A stretch of 64,000 bases of DNA from Eremomyces bilateralis CBS 781.70 (Eukaryota), in the NCBI GenBank assembly GCA_010015585.1, contig ML975178.1, one strand, 5' to 3'. The notes beneath the pieces are model-generated. The model was given only the letters and a program-made list of their open reading frames with translations, was not told the DNA's origin and did no database searches. Below, piece after piece: positions 53,092 to 64,000 of this stretch (the first letter of the stretch is position 1; every line of letters begins with the position of its first letter). The position numbers and the translations under genes were made by a program.

Positions 53092-54030
53092 TCAGGAGCT
53101 GATGAGTGCCTCCTTCTCGGCAGCTTCAAGTTCTGCAGGAGCTTCCTCCGCAGCTCTGGCACAGCTGCGCCGGCTTGCAGAGGCGCGTCTCACGACGAGC
53201 CAAGTCAAGCCCACAAAAGCTAGAAGAAGCAGTGCACCTTTTGCTGCTGCGGCCCCGTGGCAGCTCATCTTAATCGCCCCTCGATGAGACCTATACCACG
53301 TCGAGCTACTATCCTTCTCACCCGGCAGCCGGCATTCCTCGACCTCCTTCCTCGTTACGCTGCTCCACACCTCCGCGGGAATCCATCCGATATACGCACG
53401 ATCGCCAAACCCACCGATCCAATAGACTTCGTCGACAACCAGCCTCACCCAATGGCTATCATGAATGGGGTTTCCTGGCAGCCACGCCACGGCGTCCGGA
53501 TGCGCCCTCGCGAAGCAAGGTGGGATACCCGCTTTGAACGCGTCAAAGGTTGTTATATCCTCCAGGTGGCCAACCAGCGAGAAACGCGGCATGCCGGCTG
53601 CGCTGTATACCGACTTCGCAGGGGGGTGCCACCGCATCGAGAGGGTGATGTTGCTGCCGGCATCGACGTTCTTGAAGCTGGTGGCGATCCGGATCGCCAG
53701 GACGGTGGGGTTGCCCGTCGATGGCTCGCAATCGGCGAAGTAGTCCATCAGACCAATAGGTGTGCCGCCCAGGCTGGTTGGCCGGTTCTCCGATGCATAT
53801 TCATCGGACTTGCCAGGGAAGACGGTCGACAAGGTGCCGATGTTCTCCAGATGTAATATTCGCCTAGCCTGGACGGCAGACTCGTGAATGGTAGGTATCC
53901 GGTGCTGTGCCACTGCATCAGTCTCGGTGGGGTTCTTAAACAAGTATGCGGGATTCGGGGCCTCTTGAAGTGGTGTTGTAGAGCTCGTCACCACTGCTGT
54001 AAGTCCCCAGAGGACGGAGAGATATCGCAT
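53092..54030 (-). CDS. CREG-like / pyridoxamine-5'-phosphate-oxidase-like split-barrel secreted protein
   Basis: Signal peptide; ESAVQARRIL, GTLSTVFP, MDYFADC, PRFSLVG, HPDA..WLPGN and YWIGGFGDRAYIGWI motifs; C-terminal TM. Confidence 0.88.
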   Translation of the reverse strand: MRYLSVLWGLTAVVTSSTTPLQEAPNPAYLFKNPTETDAVAQHRIPTIHESAVQARRILHLENIGTLSTVFPGKSDEYASENRPTSLGGTPIGLMDYFADCEPSTGNPTVLAIRIATSFKNVDAGSNITLSMRWHPPAKSVYSAAGMPRFSLVGHLEDITTFDAFKAGIPPCFARAHPDAVAWLPGNPIHDSHWVRLVVDEVYWIGGFGDRAYIGWIPAEVWSSVTRKEVEECRLPGEKDSSSTWYRSHRGAIKMSCHGAAAAKGALLLLAFVGLTWLVVRRASASRRSCARAAEEAPAELEAAEKEALISS

Positions 54031-54788
54031 GATGGGCAACAACAACGCTACTGACAGAACGGCTCATAAGAAACGAAAGCACTCAGGTGGACGAACTCAT
54101 GCAGAACCGAAAACAATGAACGTAACGGAGATAGCAATGGAGTATGACGATAACGAGATCATCCATGGCTGGGCGTGGATACCTTGAGCTGTTGGGCAAA
54201 CAGAAGAGCGGGGCAAGCATCGGCACAGGGGCCACACACGTGCTATGTGCTCCCTGCCATTGTGGTGAAAGTTCAAACAGGAGGAGAGTAATGAGAGGCG
54301 TGATGCTTCTCGATAAAGAGATATCTAAAATTGACGAGAATGACATGCAATCATTCATTTTATTAATCGCTCCTAAAAAGTATCCCTTTGAATTGATGCA
54401 CAGGTGAGGAGCTCTCGTTTCCTAGGCTTGGCGCTCAGATACCGTTGAACGGACACGTGACGTGAAATCCGGAACTATGTTCTTCCCGTACCGAATCTCA
54501 CCACCTCTGACTAATCACGAACGTCGAAATCCCACCACCAAGCGGCAATTTCAGTGAGAGCACAATCTTGACTCCCATTATCCCCAGCCTTCTGGACGCC
54601 ATCACCTGAGGTATGTATTGATTCCATCACGAACCTGCACCATCGAGCGAATATTGAACGCGAAATTCGAAATCGCCGAAAGCAAACTTCGACCCGAGTG
54701 AGCCACGATTCGCTAACTCCGACTTCCTCCACAGTCAAACGCACCGCATAAAACAACCGAACGCGAATCCCATCGACGCCTCATCAAT

Positions 54789-55042
54789 ATGGGAAAAGTG
54801 CACGGATCGCTCGCTCGTGCGGGTAAGGTCAAGTCGCAGACCCCCAAGGTCGAGAAGCAAGAGAAGAAGAAGGTCCCCAAGGGCCGCGCAAAGAAGCGAA
54901 TCCAATACACCCGCCGCTTCGTCAACGTCACCATGACCGGTGGCAAGAGGAAGGTACGTGACGAAATTTGACTCCGACGAACGCTGTGGGATGGCGGGCT
55001 GATGATATTGCGCAGATGAACCCGAACCCGACGACGACATAA
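54789..55042 (+). CDS. RPS30: 40S ribosomal protein S30 (eS30)
   Basis: [33 protein letters not shown], intron 54954-55015, then MNPNPTTT*. Confidence 0.97.
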
Positions 55043-55434
55043 ATCGCCCGAAACATTGACGGAGGGGACGGACGGTTGGCGTGGATGGAAGATCGATGAT
55101 GGAAGGACATTCCTCGGAATGAGGGTCGAGGATAAGGACGCTTTGATTGCGGACAGGACGTCCCAGCCACTGTAGAAATACCTGACTCGGCAACACTTGA
55201 ATCCTGCAACGGGGCTCTGGCATATCCGGCGGCGTTATGATGCTTACAGAACCACGGGCACGATATTGAAATGGATTGGCTTCTCGTCACGTTCTACTGC
55301 GACGTGCACAAATCGTGAAACTGAAACGGTGTCGTATAAACATTAAGTGCGTGTTCCGTTGAAGTATGCAAACGAAAGGGTATCATCAACGCTCCAAATA
55401 CATGTACAGAGTGCCACTGGCCATCAATAGTCTC

Positions 55435-58400
55435 TCACCCGGATACTCGGATCACCACCCTCACTCCCGCAATCCTCGCTTCCCTCACGCAGCATGCCAA
55501 ACAAGTCCCGTCCACTCCTCGATCCTTGCCGCCATCCTGTCCCACCCCTCTCCCTATCACCGCATCAAAGCCTTCTCTCGCACACCACGCCCTCGCCACT
55601 AACTCCAACGTCGCATCGGCTCGTGAATCTAGCACCAACACCCCTTTCTCCTCCCATTCCTCCTCATTCCTCGGCAGTGCAAACGATTTGCCCAACACCG
55701 ACGCCGCCGGCACCACCGTGTACCGGTGCGACATGTGCAGTGGATGCGAAGGCAAGTCCTCGACGTGTGACTCCTTGTCTGCAGCGGAGTCGGCTACAGC
55801 GGAGTCGGCTGCAGCGCGCTTGATGACCGTGACGACCCGTGGCGGTCGACACGGCCAGGCGGAGATGAAGTAGACATCGTAGCGCAGTGCGACGGACTGT
55901 GTGCCGTAGTCGTCGCTCAAGGAAGTGCTGGAGAAGAGCAAGTGGGGGATGAGCTCTTTCGAGACCGTCCCCCCGGAACACTGGCTGCCCGGGTCGGAGG
56001 CTTGACTTCTCGGGCTGCCCTGACTGGAGCTCGATGGGTTCGTGGACGTGGGCGAAGGAACGAGCTTGAGGCCTTCGAACCAGAGCCCGGCGCGCTTGAC
56101 GTGGCGAGGTTCGGACGGGATGATGAAGTTGTCCGCAGACGCTTGGATCTTGCCATTGCTCTCTTCGTATCTATCGCCAAGAAGTCCACGCACACCAGCA
56201 TATGCGTTGAGCGTGTGGTCGCTCCCCTTCTCGTTGGCGATGACGACCCAGTCTCGCCGCCATCCAACCGCACCTCCGCCGACGTCGATCCACCCTTCGT
56301 GGTTGTCCATCGGCGCCACAGGCGTGCCTACCCAGCCCATGCATGATTTGGCTCCGGGCAGCCCCGCGAGCACGCGTCCAAGGACGCACTCGGTGCTCCA
56401 CCAGCTCCGGCCCCCATAAATGAAGCCAGCAGTGAGGTTGGCGCTTTCGCCCACTCTGGCAAGCGCCGAGGGGGAATTTTCGAGCAGCGTCGCCAGGAGG
56501 AAATATGACGTCGTGGGTCCCGGAAGCAGCAGGCCGGTAAGGTAGGTTGGTGTCACCCATGACGGAGGCGTGGTAAATGTGTCGAGGGGGTTGGCCGTAG
56601 ACCTGATGCTCGACATGACAGTCGAGGCGCCTGCGGTACCTGGGGTGACATATGGATCGGGGGTGGATGGACGGGACGGTGAAAGCTGGGCTGTGAGGTG
56701 AGTCCTCGACTTCTGCGTTCGAGGGCGGGATGGTCGACGGCCCGGACTTGAGCTGTTTCTACGTGAGGTTGGCCTGTTGAAATAATCCGTCTGCTGGCTG
56801 CTTGGTTTATTCGAAGGCGAGCAGATCGGGGTTTTATAGATACTCGGTGTCATAAGTTGGTCGGCACTGTGCTTTTGCATTTCCTTGAATGGCCGTCGGT
56901 ACTTCTTGTTCAACTCCGATTCAAGTTCATCGATATCAGGCCAGCCAATGCTCTGGGCGAATGCGAGCAAACCAGAGAGCTGTTGATCGAGGTTGCGAGG
57001 AAGGAGGCATAGAATCGTCTCCATGTTTTCTGAGGCATCTTCTTGGTTATTTCCGGAGGAGAAGAAGGATTTCTTCGGTGTCGGTGGAGTCGAGACGGGT
57101 ACTTGCGTGCAAACGACTTTGATGTTCTCTAGGAACCTCCGTGCAAGTACCAAATCCCAGCTCAGCTTCCTGGACTGAAGTTCCTTGAACCTGTCTACGT
57201 TTTCCTTGGTCAGATGCAAATTTTTGCGCACATATTCGGCCGAAGCCGCAGCAATGGCTTCGAGTCGAACAAGAAGTTCGGCCGCCAACGTGATCTGCAA
57301 GACGAGAACGTCCCGCTCGGGCAGACTGTTGTCGAACTGTTCCTCCTCTTGCTCTTCCTCAACCGTCCAAAAGAATTGGCCTAGACGTATCCGATTTTCC
57401 ACCAAACTGAAATCGTACCAAATTCCTTTGATGGCCAGGATCTTGGACAGGCTTTCCACTTGCACCTTCAGTCCCGTAGGATCCTGCGCGTCAGGATCGA
57501 ATCGTGGTGGTTGTAGTAGCTGAGCATATAGCAGCGCGTACAGCTCAGACGGGCTCTGCTTGTCCAATATACTCATCTTCTTGTTCGAGTGGCGGCAGCT
57601 TGCGTACATCTCGCCTAGCTCGGCCAACCGCTCGTAGACAATCATACGGTCAAACAATCGAATACCTAGTTTCCCCGGGCTTTGTTGAAACCGTCTCCAA
57701 TTTCTCTGCGCCTCTTCTTCATGTGCATCGTCTTCTCCTTCGTAAAGAAAATCCGCATTTCCCAGCTGCGTAAAGAACTCGAACCCGACAGCACCGGCCT
57801 CGTTGCCATCTGCTCGCAACATATTCGGGAGTTCTTTCGCTGAGATGCAGAACGATGAGACATGGCCCTGGTGGTCATGGTGCTGGCTCGGAGCTGCGAG
57901 ATGTGTTCGAAGGGTGGATACGGAGAAGGCAGGGTGTCGGATTGACCTCGAGTCGCTTGTATCACGCATGGTAAGATCGAACTGCCATGGAAAGCCAACC
58001 GAGACCTCGGGTGCATTACCATCGAGGGTTATAGTGTACTGAGGCGCGGAGGCAAAGAGTGTATGTATGTCGGTATCATTCAGCTCGTGGCTCACCGCTT
58101 GGGGCTCTGGCTCTGGAGTAGCGACGATGTCGGTCTTCGAAGTAGGTCGTTTCTCGTCACTGCGTTTCATGGTATCGTCTGAAGGTGTTGTGATAGCAGG
58201 AGCTTCCTTTGTCGGACTAAGATCCGATGCCACAGGTTGCGGGATAGACGCCGTGTCCTGTCTTGAACTTAGCAACGAACGCGGACACATCCACTCGTGC
58301 AGCAAAGCTCACCTGATTAGTGCCGTTAACTCCATGGCGTGCATCCTTCTCACGATTCTTTCGTGGTTTGAGCCCCTTTAACAATAAGCTCAAGCTTTGC

Positions 58401-58495
58401 CGCCTAGATTTCCGTCCCTTGCTCGAAACGTTGTCCATATCTTTGGCTATGGGACGATCTGGCGGTCCGGAGGTGTTCAGCCATTTGAATGGCAT
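55435..58495 (-). CDS. Large hypothetical fungal protein (~1000 aa), 2 exons
   Basis: 956-aa ORF plus first exon MPFKWLN..; intron ~58258-58311 (GTGAGC..GCTAAG..CAG); C-terminal ARAWCA..CLACCVREA. Confidence 0.85.
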
Positions 58496-59469
58496 GATGG
58501 ACTCAGCAGGTCAATTGAAGCGACATTTGCTGAGTAGTTCCGGGGCATGGTGACGCATGAGAGCAGTGCCATGTGTGGTGTGACGAGTAGATGATTGTGT
58601 TTAAGCCCGTGGGAGAGTTTGATCGACAAAATAGTTAAACAAGGCAGTGAAGGGACGGAGCTACATCATATCCCAGATTCCCACAGAAGCTGCGATGGCG
58701 ATGTAATCCCTGCAGATCCATGCCCTCATTGAGGCTCGCTGGTGCGGAATAGCTACTCAGAAACTGTGGCGTTACTGCTAATCCCAGTGCCACCTCCTGA
58801 CAGCAGCAGGTGTCATCTTCTGATGGAATTATCTTCGCCAGAAGAGCAACACCAAGGTTAAAAAACATCATTTCAGGTGTTATTGTTTGTCAGGGCATCA
58901 TTGTGCTACAACAGGCAATCCAAACTTTCAACCATGTCACGCTGTCATGTGGGCATGTTTGGCGAACTATCTGTTCATTTTGGCTAGCTAAGGCACTTTT
59001 AATGGAAGTTTTTGGGAGTGCCAAACAATGGCATGGGTATCGTGAACAAACATGTGGTAACGAACCATGATTGGTGATTTTTTTTCTGAAGTTTTGTCGT
59101 TTCCATGTGTTTTTGTGTTTTCAACCACCCAGTGAGAAGAGAAGAGAAGCAAAGCATCAACAAAGAAAGAGAAAAAGAAAAGAGAAAAAGCAGAGAGCAT
59201 CCATCAAGGAACCACTGTCTACCATCGCCCAGAATCTGCACGATTTGCTTTTCAGAAGGTTGTTGTTCTCTGAATGTTTTTGTGCATTGAAAGGGCATAA
59301 ATGAAGAGAAGCAAGTCGGACCAAATTAAGGAAAAGGGGAAAACGAAAAGGAAAAGAAAAGAAGAAAGGATTCTGTCAGTGTCACCACAATTATCACCTA
59401 AAGTCTACTTGGTCAAACTTCTTCAAGCACCAGCTCAGGAAACAAGACCTTCAAGAGAGAACTCAACGC

Positions 59470-62400
59470 TCAGATATAGCCTACGTTCGGCTGCTCGCTA
59501 TCGAGACGTCGACGCTTGTTCTCGGGAGCACCAGAAGAAGTAGGGGTATCAGGCGGAGTCTGTTGCCCGACGGATCCATCAACCAAGTACTTGCGCTTGA
59601 TCTTAGGAGGTGTGGCAGGTTGTGCGGATCCAGCTCCGAGCTCGGGGGGCATTGTAATCCTGTCGAAAGGACCAGCCGTCGGTCGTTGGCCAATGATAAC
59701 TTGAGTTGGGCCATCCGACATCACACGGGACGGACCAGCGATCGGTCTACCTCCTTTGTTGATTTGTGATGGGGTGGCAGGCAGCACACGAGACGGGCCA
59801 GCGGTCGGTCTAGGGCCACGCTTGGTTTGAGCTGGGCTGGCGGTCATCACACGGGACGGACCGGTGGCCGGTCGTGCGCCGGTGTTGGTTCGCGATGGAG
59901 TGGTCGGCATCACACGAGGTAGGCCAGCGGTTGGGCTGCCTCTATTGTTGGTTGGAGCCGGGCCGGCAGGGCTCTGGACGACAAATTGAGCACCGTGGGG
60001 TTGGGGGGAAGAGCCCATCCGACCCAGCAAGTCATCTTGTTGAGGATCGACATGAGTTGGACGCTCAAGAACAGGGTCCATCAAAGAAGCGTAGTTGCCC
60101 AGAATCGGCATGGTCTTGGCTTCCTCCTTCTGGAAAGCCGCATCAATCTCATTGACCTTGTGTTGACGCCAGTTGTAGCGAGCCTGCATGGTCTTTTCGT
60201 ATTCGTCCAAGTTGTTCAAGTTCTCGAAGAGGGTAGGCAGGTCATGCTTCAGGATGTCCGTACCGAGGAACTCGAGGATCTTGGAGTTCTTCCTGACGTT
60301 GAACCAATTGTAGATGACATAGAAGAGTCGAGCATGGAACTTCTGTGCTCGCTCTGCGAAATCGACACGGCTTCGCTTGTCGAAGCAAGAGTGCCAGAGG
60401 CTGTGATAGGAGTAGGTTGCGGACTCCATCATCTCGCGAATACAGTACTGAATGCGCGGGGTGTTCAAAGCCAACGTCTTGCAGACTCCGACGAGTTTGT
60501 AGAGCACAGGGATCTTCTCTTTGTGCTGCTCGAGATCCACGCGGAGCTTTTCCCAGTCAACTTGCATACCTGGAGTAGGGTAGCCAACACTGGAGTAGGT
60601 CAAGTAGGTCAACGCCTTGGAATCGAGATTTTCGACTTCACTAATAACATTGTAAGTTGAGTGGAATAAAACGTGCAGCAGCAATAAACTTACTGAGGAA
60701 GCACAGGAACAGGCTTCAAGAGCAAAGCAAGGTCAATTTTAGCTCCCGCGTTAATTGCCTCCTCAACTGCAGCCCGAATGACTCGATTCTTCTCAATGAC
60801 GTCAAGATAATCCTTGACCATAGGGCCTGCAAGATGGGAATAATCCCTGAAAAGATCCAGGTGAGTTCCTTCGCCATACATGGGCCCATAGAGAAGGACT
60901 GGTCACTGTTAGCCAAAGACCTGTGACAGTAAGGAGGCGCAGGAAACCTACAGAGTCCCTGAACTTGCTTGAAAGTCTCAACTGTCCCCTTCTTCATCTT
61001 CTCCAGCACTTTCGCGCCGCGAGTGAACCAATCCAAAACAAATTTCATCTCACGGTCGGTCCATGCTATCACGTTGCCATCTGCGACAAACTGATCGAAC
61101 CCAATGAGGTTGACCCGGTGCTCACCCATCACCATCCGGTTGCAGTGCACTTTGCACTCTTCCGTGATTTTGTCAATGACCACCTTTTGCTCCGGGTTGC
61201 ATGCTTCCGACATCTTGATCGGCTTCTCGAAGGCAGCAACAGGCTGGGGGAATTTCCCGGAGTGTCTGGTCGTAGTTTTCTCAGCGGTTGTGGTGTCTGG
61301 CTCGTCACTATCAGTGGCGCCGGTGGAGTTGTCTTGCTTTTCAGCAGCAGGACTGCTTGGCTCAGAGGCAGTCGTCTCTTGATCGCTGGCGGCAGAGGAA
61401 GAGTCGGTAGAAGCAGTCGACTGAGTGGCTTGGTTGCTGGTGGCAGGTTGAGCGGCTTCCGGTGCTGCTGATTCGTCGTCAACGCAAATGGGCTCAGGAT
61501 AGACGTTGGAAACCTCAATTGATTGATTGGTTTGCTCGCCAGTGGAAAGATGAGAAGAGTTGGATGCCGCGATGCGTTGATTGTTTTGATTATCAGAAAC
61601 AAGGCGAAGGGACGCACGGGGAGACTCCGTGAATTGGTTGTTTTGATTATCAGCAACCAGATGAAGAGACGCTCTGGGAGTCTCTGTGAATTGGTTGTTT
61701 TGATTGCTAATAACAGGATGAGGAGACGCGCCAGGAGCCTCTGTGAATTGGTTGTTTTGATTGCCAACAACAGGACAGGCGGAGGTGTTCGAACCCTCCG
61801 CAGGTTGATTGTTTTGATCTCCAGGGGGAGCATCAACTGCGTTCAAAGTTGGCTTTTCGTTGCCGACAACAACAACGTACCGGGAGTCCGATCTGCGAGC
61901 TGATGGATTGTGTTGAAGCTCACAGGCAAACAGAAAGTCTTCCAATTCGAGTTTCTCCTTCTCAGTGGGAACTGTCATGAGAATTTTGGTTGTGGAAGGG
62001 GGATGTGAAGCCACTGGCAGATGAGAGTTCTGCTTGTCCGGAAGGATATGCAGGTCGTTCGGATGAACGGTGCCTGGGGGGCATCCAGCACCCTGAAGAA
62101 GAGGATTGTCGGCGGAAGTGTAGGCTTGCAGGCCAACAGGAGGACGAATGTAAGGAGCAATTCCAGGCAAGGACGAGACATCGCTGACAGTGTTTATGCG
62201 GATAGTACTGTCACTGACCATGCCGCTCTGATCCATAAGTGCGGGTGCGGACTTGAACTTGCCAGTGGGGTTGATTTGGTCGTCACGGGCGACCTCTCCA
62301 ATCGATTGAGCATTTTCTGCTCTCTCCTTTTCTAGGAGCTCCTCGGCGCGCTCATCGACAATTTCATCAACCCGATCAAAGAACTCATCCTCAGAATCGG

Positions 62401-63183
62401 AGTCAGATTGGTATGTACGATTCGTTAGGGATCTAGTCGGAACAAAGCCCGACCCCTGAGTGGAAATGCCCGACTTAGTGGGCTCACCAGCAGCTCGAGT
62501 GGTGGTACGGTTGACAGCCTTAAAAGTGTTAATGAAAGTTATCTATGCACTTTGACCGCTTGAATTACCTGAATCGTGCCACAATTGGTGTATCCAGTGG
62601 TAGAAGGGTTGCCGGGCTTTTTGGCAGCCACCTCAACTGTATCGAGCTGCATCTCGTTGGAGGGATGAACGGACTGAGGCTTGTCCCCATTAACGTGCTC
62701 AGGAGGAGTGAGCTGTCCATTGTTCAACTCGGCTTCCGGCTGGGCTGACTTGTTGGACTGAGACGCCTCTCCATTGGCATCCTTGCCGATGTGGGCAAAG
62801 AGTTTCGTGTACTCCTCGGGCACGTCCTCACCGAGAATCGGATGATTCTGCCAGTCAATTTCCCATTCAGTGTGGAAGTCGCGGAGATCGCCCGCGATCT
62901 CATTGTTCGAAATGTCACCGGATGCCTCCTCGAAGTCGAAGAAGGCGCTGAGCCCCGGTTCAATCTCAAGCTTCTTCTTCCCGTCATTCTGCTCGTTCAT
63001 TCGCGTCGAGGCATCAGGGAGATTGGTGGAAGGATCATGGGCGACGGCCTCGATGTTCTCGGGGAGGGAGCTGGCACCCGACGTAATGTCATCGGCTGAT
63101 AGAGTTGGGTCGTCGATGTTGGTTTCAGCCGACGCCTTCCTCGCCGCCATGACGGCATCGAACATGATCTGAAAGTCGGACAT
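59470..63183 (-). CDS. Orphan ~1200-aa protein with two tandem-repeat blocks, 4 exons
   Basis: ORFs 62539-63192, 60716-62236, 60690-60881 and 59470-60684 can be joined by short GT-AG introns at ~62520-62568, ~60900-60951 and ~60641-60692. Confidence 0.7.
59660..59945 (-). repeat. 63-bp (21-aa) coding tandem repeat, ~5 copies
   Basis: G.RP.AGPSRV....P.Q... units. Confidence 0.85.
61530..61820 (-). repeat. 57-bp (19-aa) coding tandem repeat, ~5 copies
   Basis: NQNNQFTE.P.AS.H.V.. units. Confidence 0.85.
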
Positions 63184-64000
63184 GATTCGCAAGCGATATC
63201 AATGTCAGAGAAGAATTGAAAGTTCGGAAGAGAAAATTAAGGGGTGCTAGACCAAAGAAGATGAAGTCTGCTTGTTTGAAACGAAGATTAAGCTGTATGA
63301 TGTTGAAATGGATCTTCGAAGAATGGAGAAGAAGCAAAGAAGAGGTGGGAGAGAAGAGAATATCGAAAGGTTTGTGGAAGGAAAATGGAAGATTGGAAGT
63401 GGTAAATGGGGGGGGGAAGTGAAAGTGCAAAGCGAAGGAACAGGAATTTCGAAAATGGGAGAGTTGCGAGTGGGAGACAGCGAATTGCGAAGTGAAATTG
63501 ATAATCCCGAAGGTTTCCAACTCTTGCAGCGACAGAGTGAAAGTGATACCAATTTCTCCCTTCGAAGGGGAACTTGACACTCAATTGCTTCTTCCCCCTA
63601 TCCCTTGTGGGAGTTGAGGCATAGAGATGACCCTCAACCGGCTACAACAAAACCTCCATGCTTTCGCTATCCTGTCGGACTAAGAGTATATAAAGCGGAA
63701 TCCTATCTCGGATTGTTCTTTTGCTCGTCCGGTCCCTCGAAGAATATTGTAGCTTGAGCTGGTCAATCGCATGGCGCCTTGAGACCCTCCGTGAGCCATC
63801 CCCATAGACGATCTTGCTATACTTCCTCTCTTGTAATTATGACCCTAGTGGGTGCATCCCGGGGGCCCAGTTGTGCAAGTAATCCCATCTTCATTCAGCA
63901 CGGTATGGAACTGCAGGCTTCAGCAGGCGGAGTGGTATGTGAGAACCCCAAGCTTCGTTCCTTGCTCTTTCTACTCATCCGCCAACTCCATAGGTTATTT

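Overview
Fungal (Pezizomycotina-like ascomycete) genomic DNA with short GT-AG introns. Housekeeping genes (MFS transporter, S28 peptidase, eIF1A, GT25, mtfA-like C2H2 factor, CREG-like protein, RPS30) are interleaved with mobile DNA and pseudogenes. Two structures stand out. (1) A ~9.6-kb gene-carrying insert (12569-22169) splits one solo LTR into two halves. The halves share a GAACC target duplication and a TACA junction repeat, and an intact copy of the same LTR lies inside the insert. The insert holds a RIP-like decayed nucleoside hydrolase, a truncated Copia, a large secreted-protein gene and a hAT-like MITE, but no visible recombinase, so it resembles a captain-less Starship-like cargo element. 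(2) A 494-bp, apparently perfect inverted duplication of a Tc1 transposase 3' end (39849-41162) could act as a hairpin-RNA locus or a new foldback element. Also present: a CACTA/CMC-like transposase with RIP-type stops, a divergent eIF1A with a loop insertion, a ric8 pseudogene and a ~1200-aa tandem-repeat orphan gene. All family calls come from motif recognition by eye; no searches were run.
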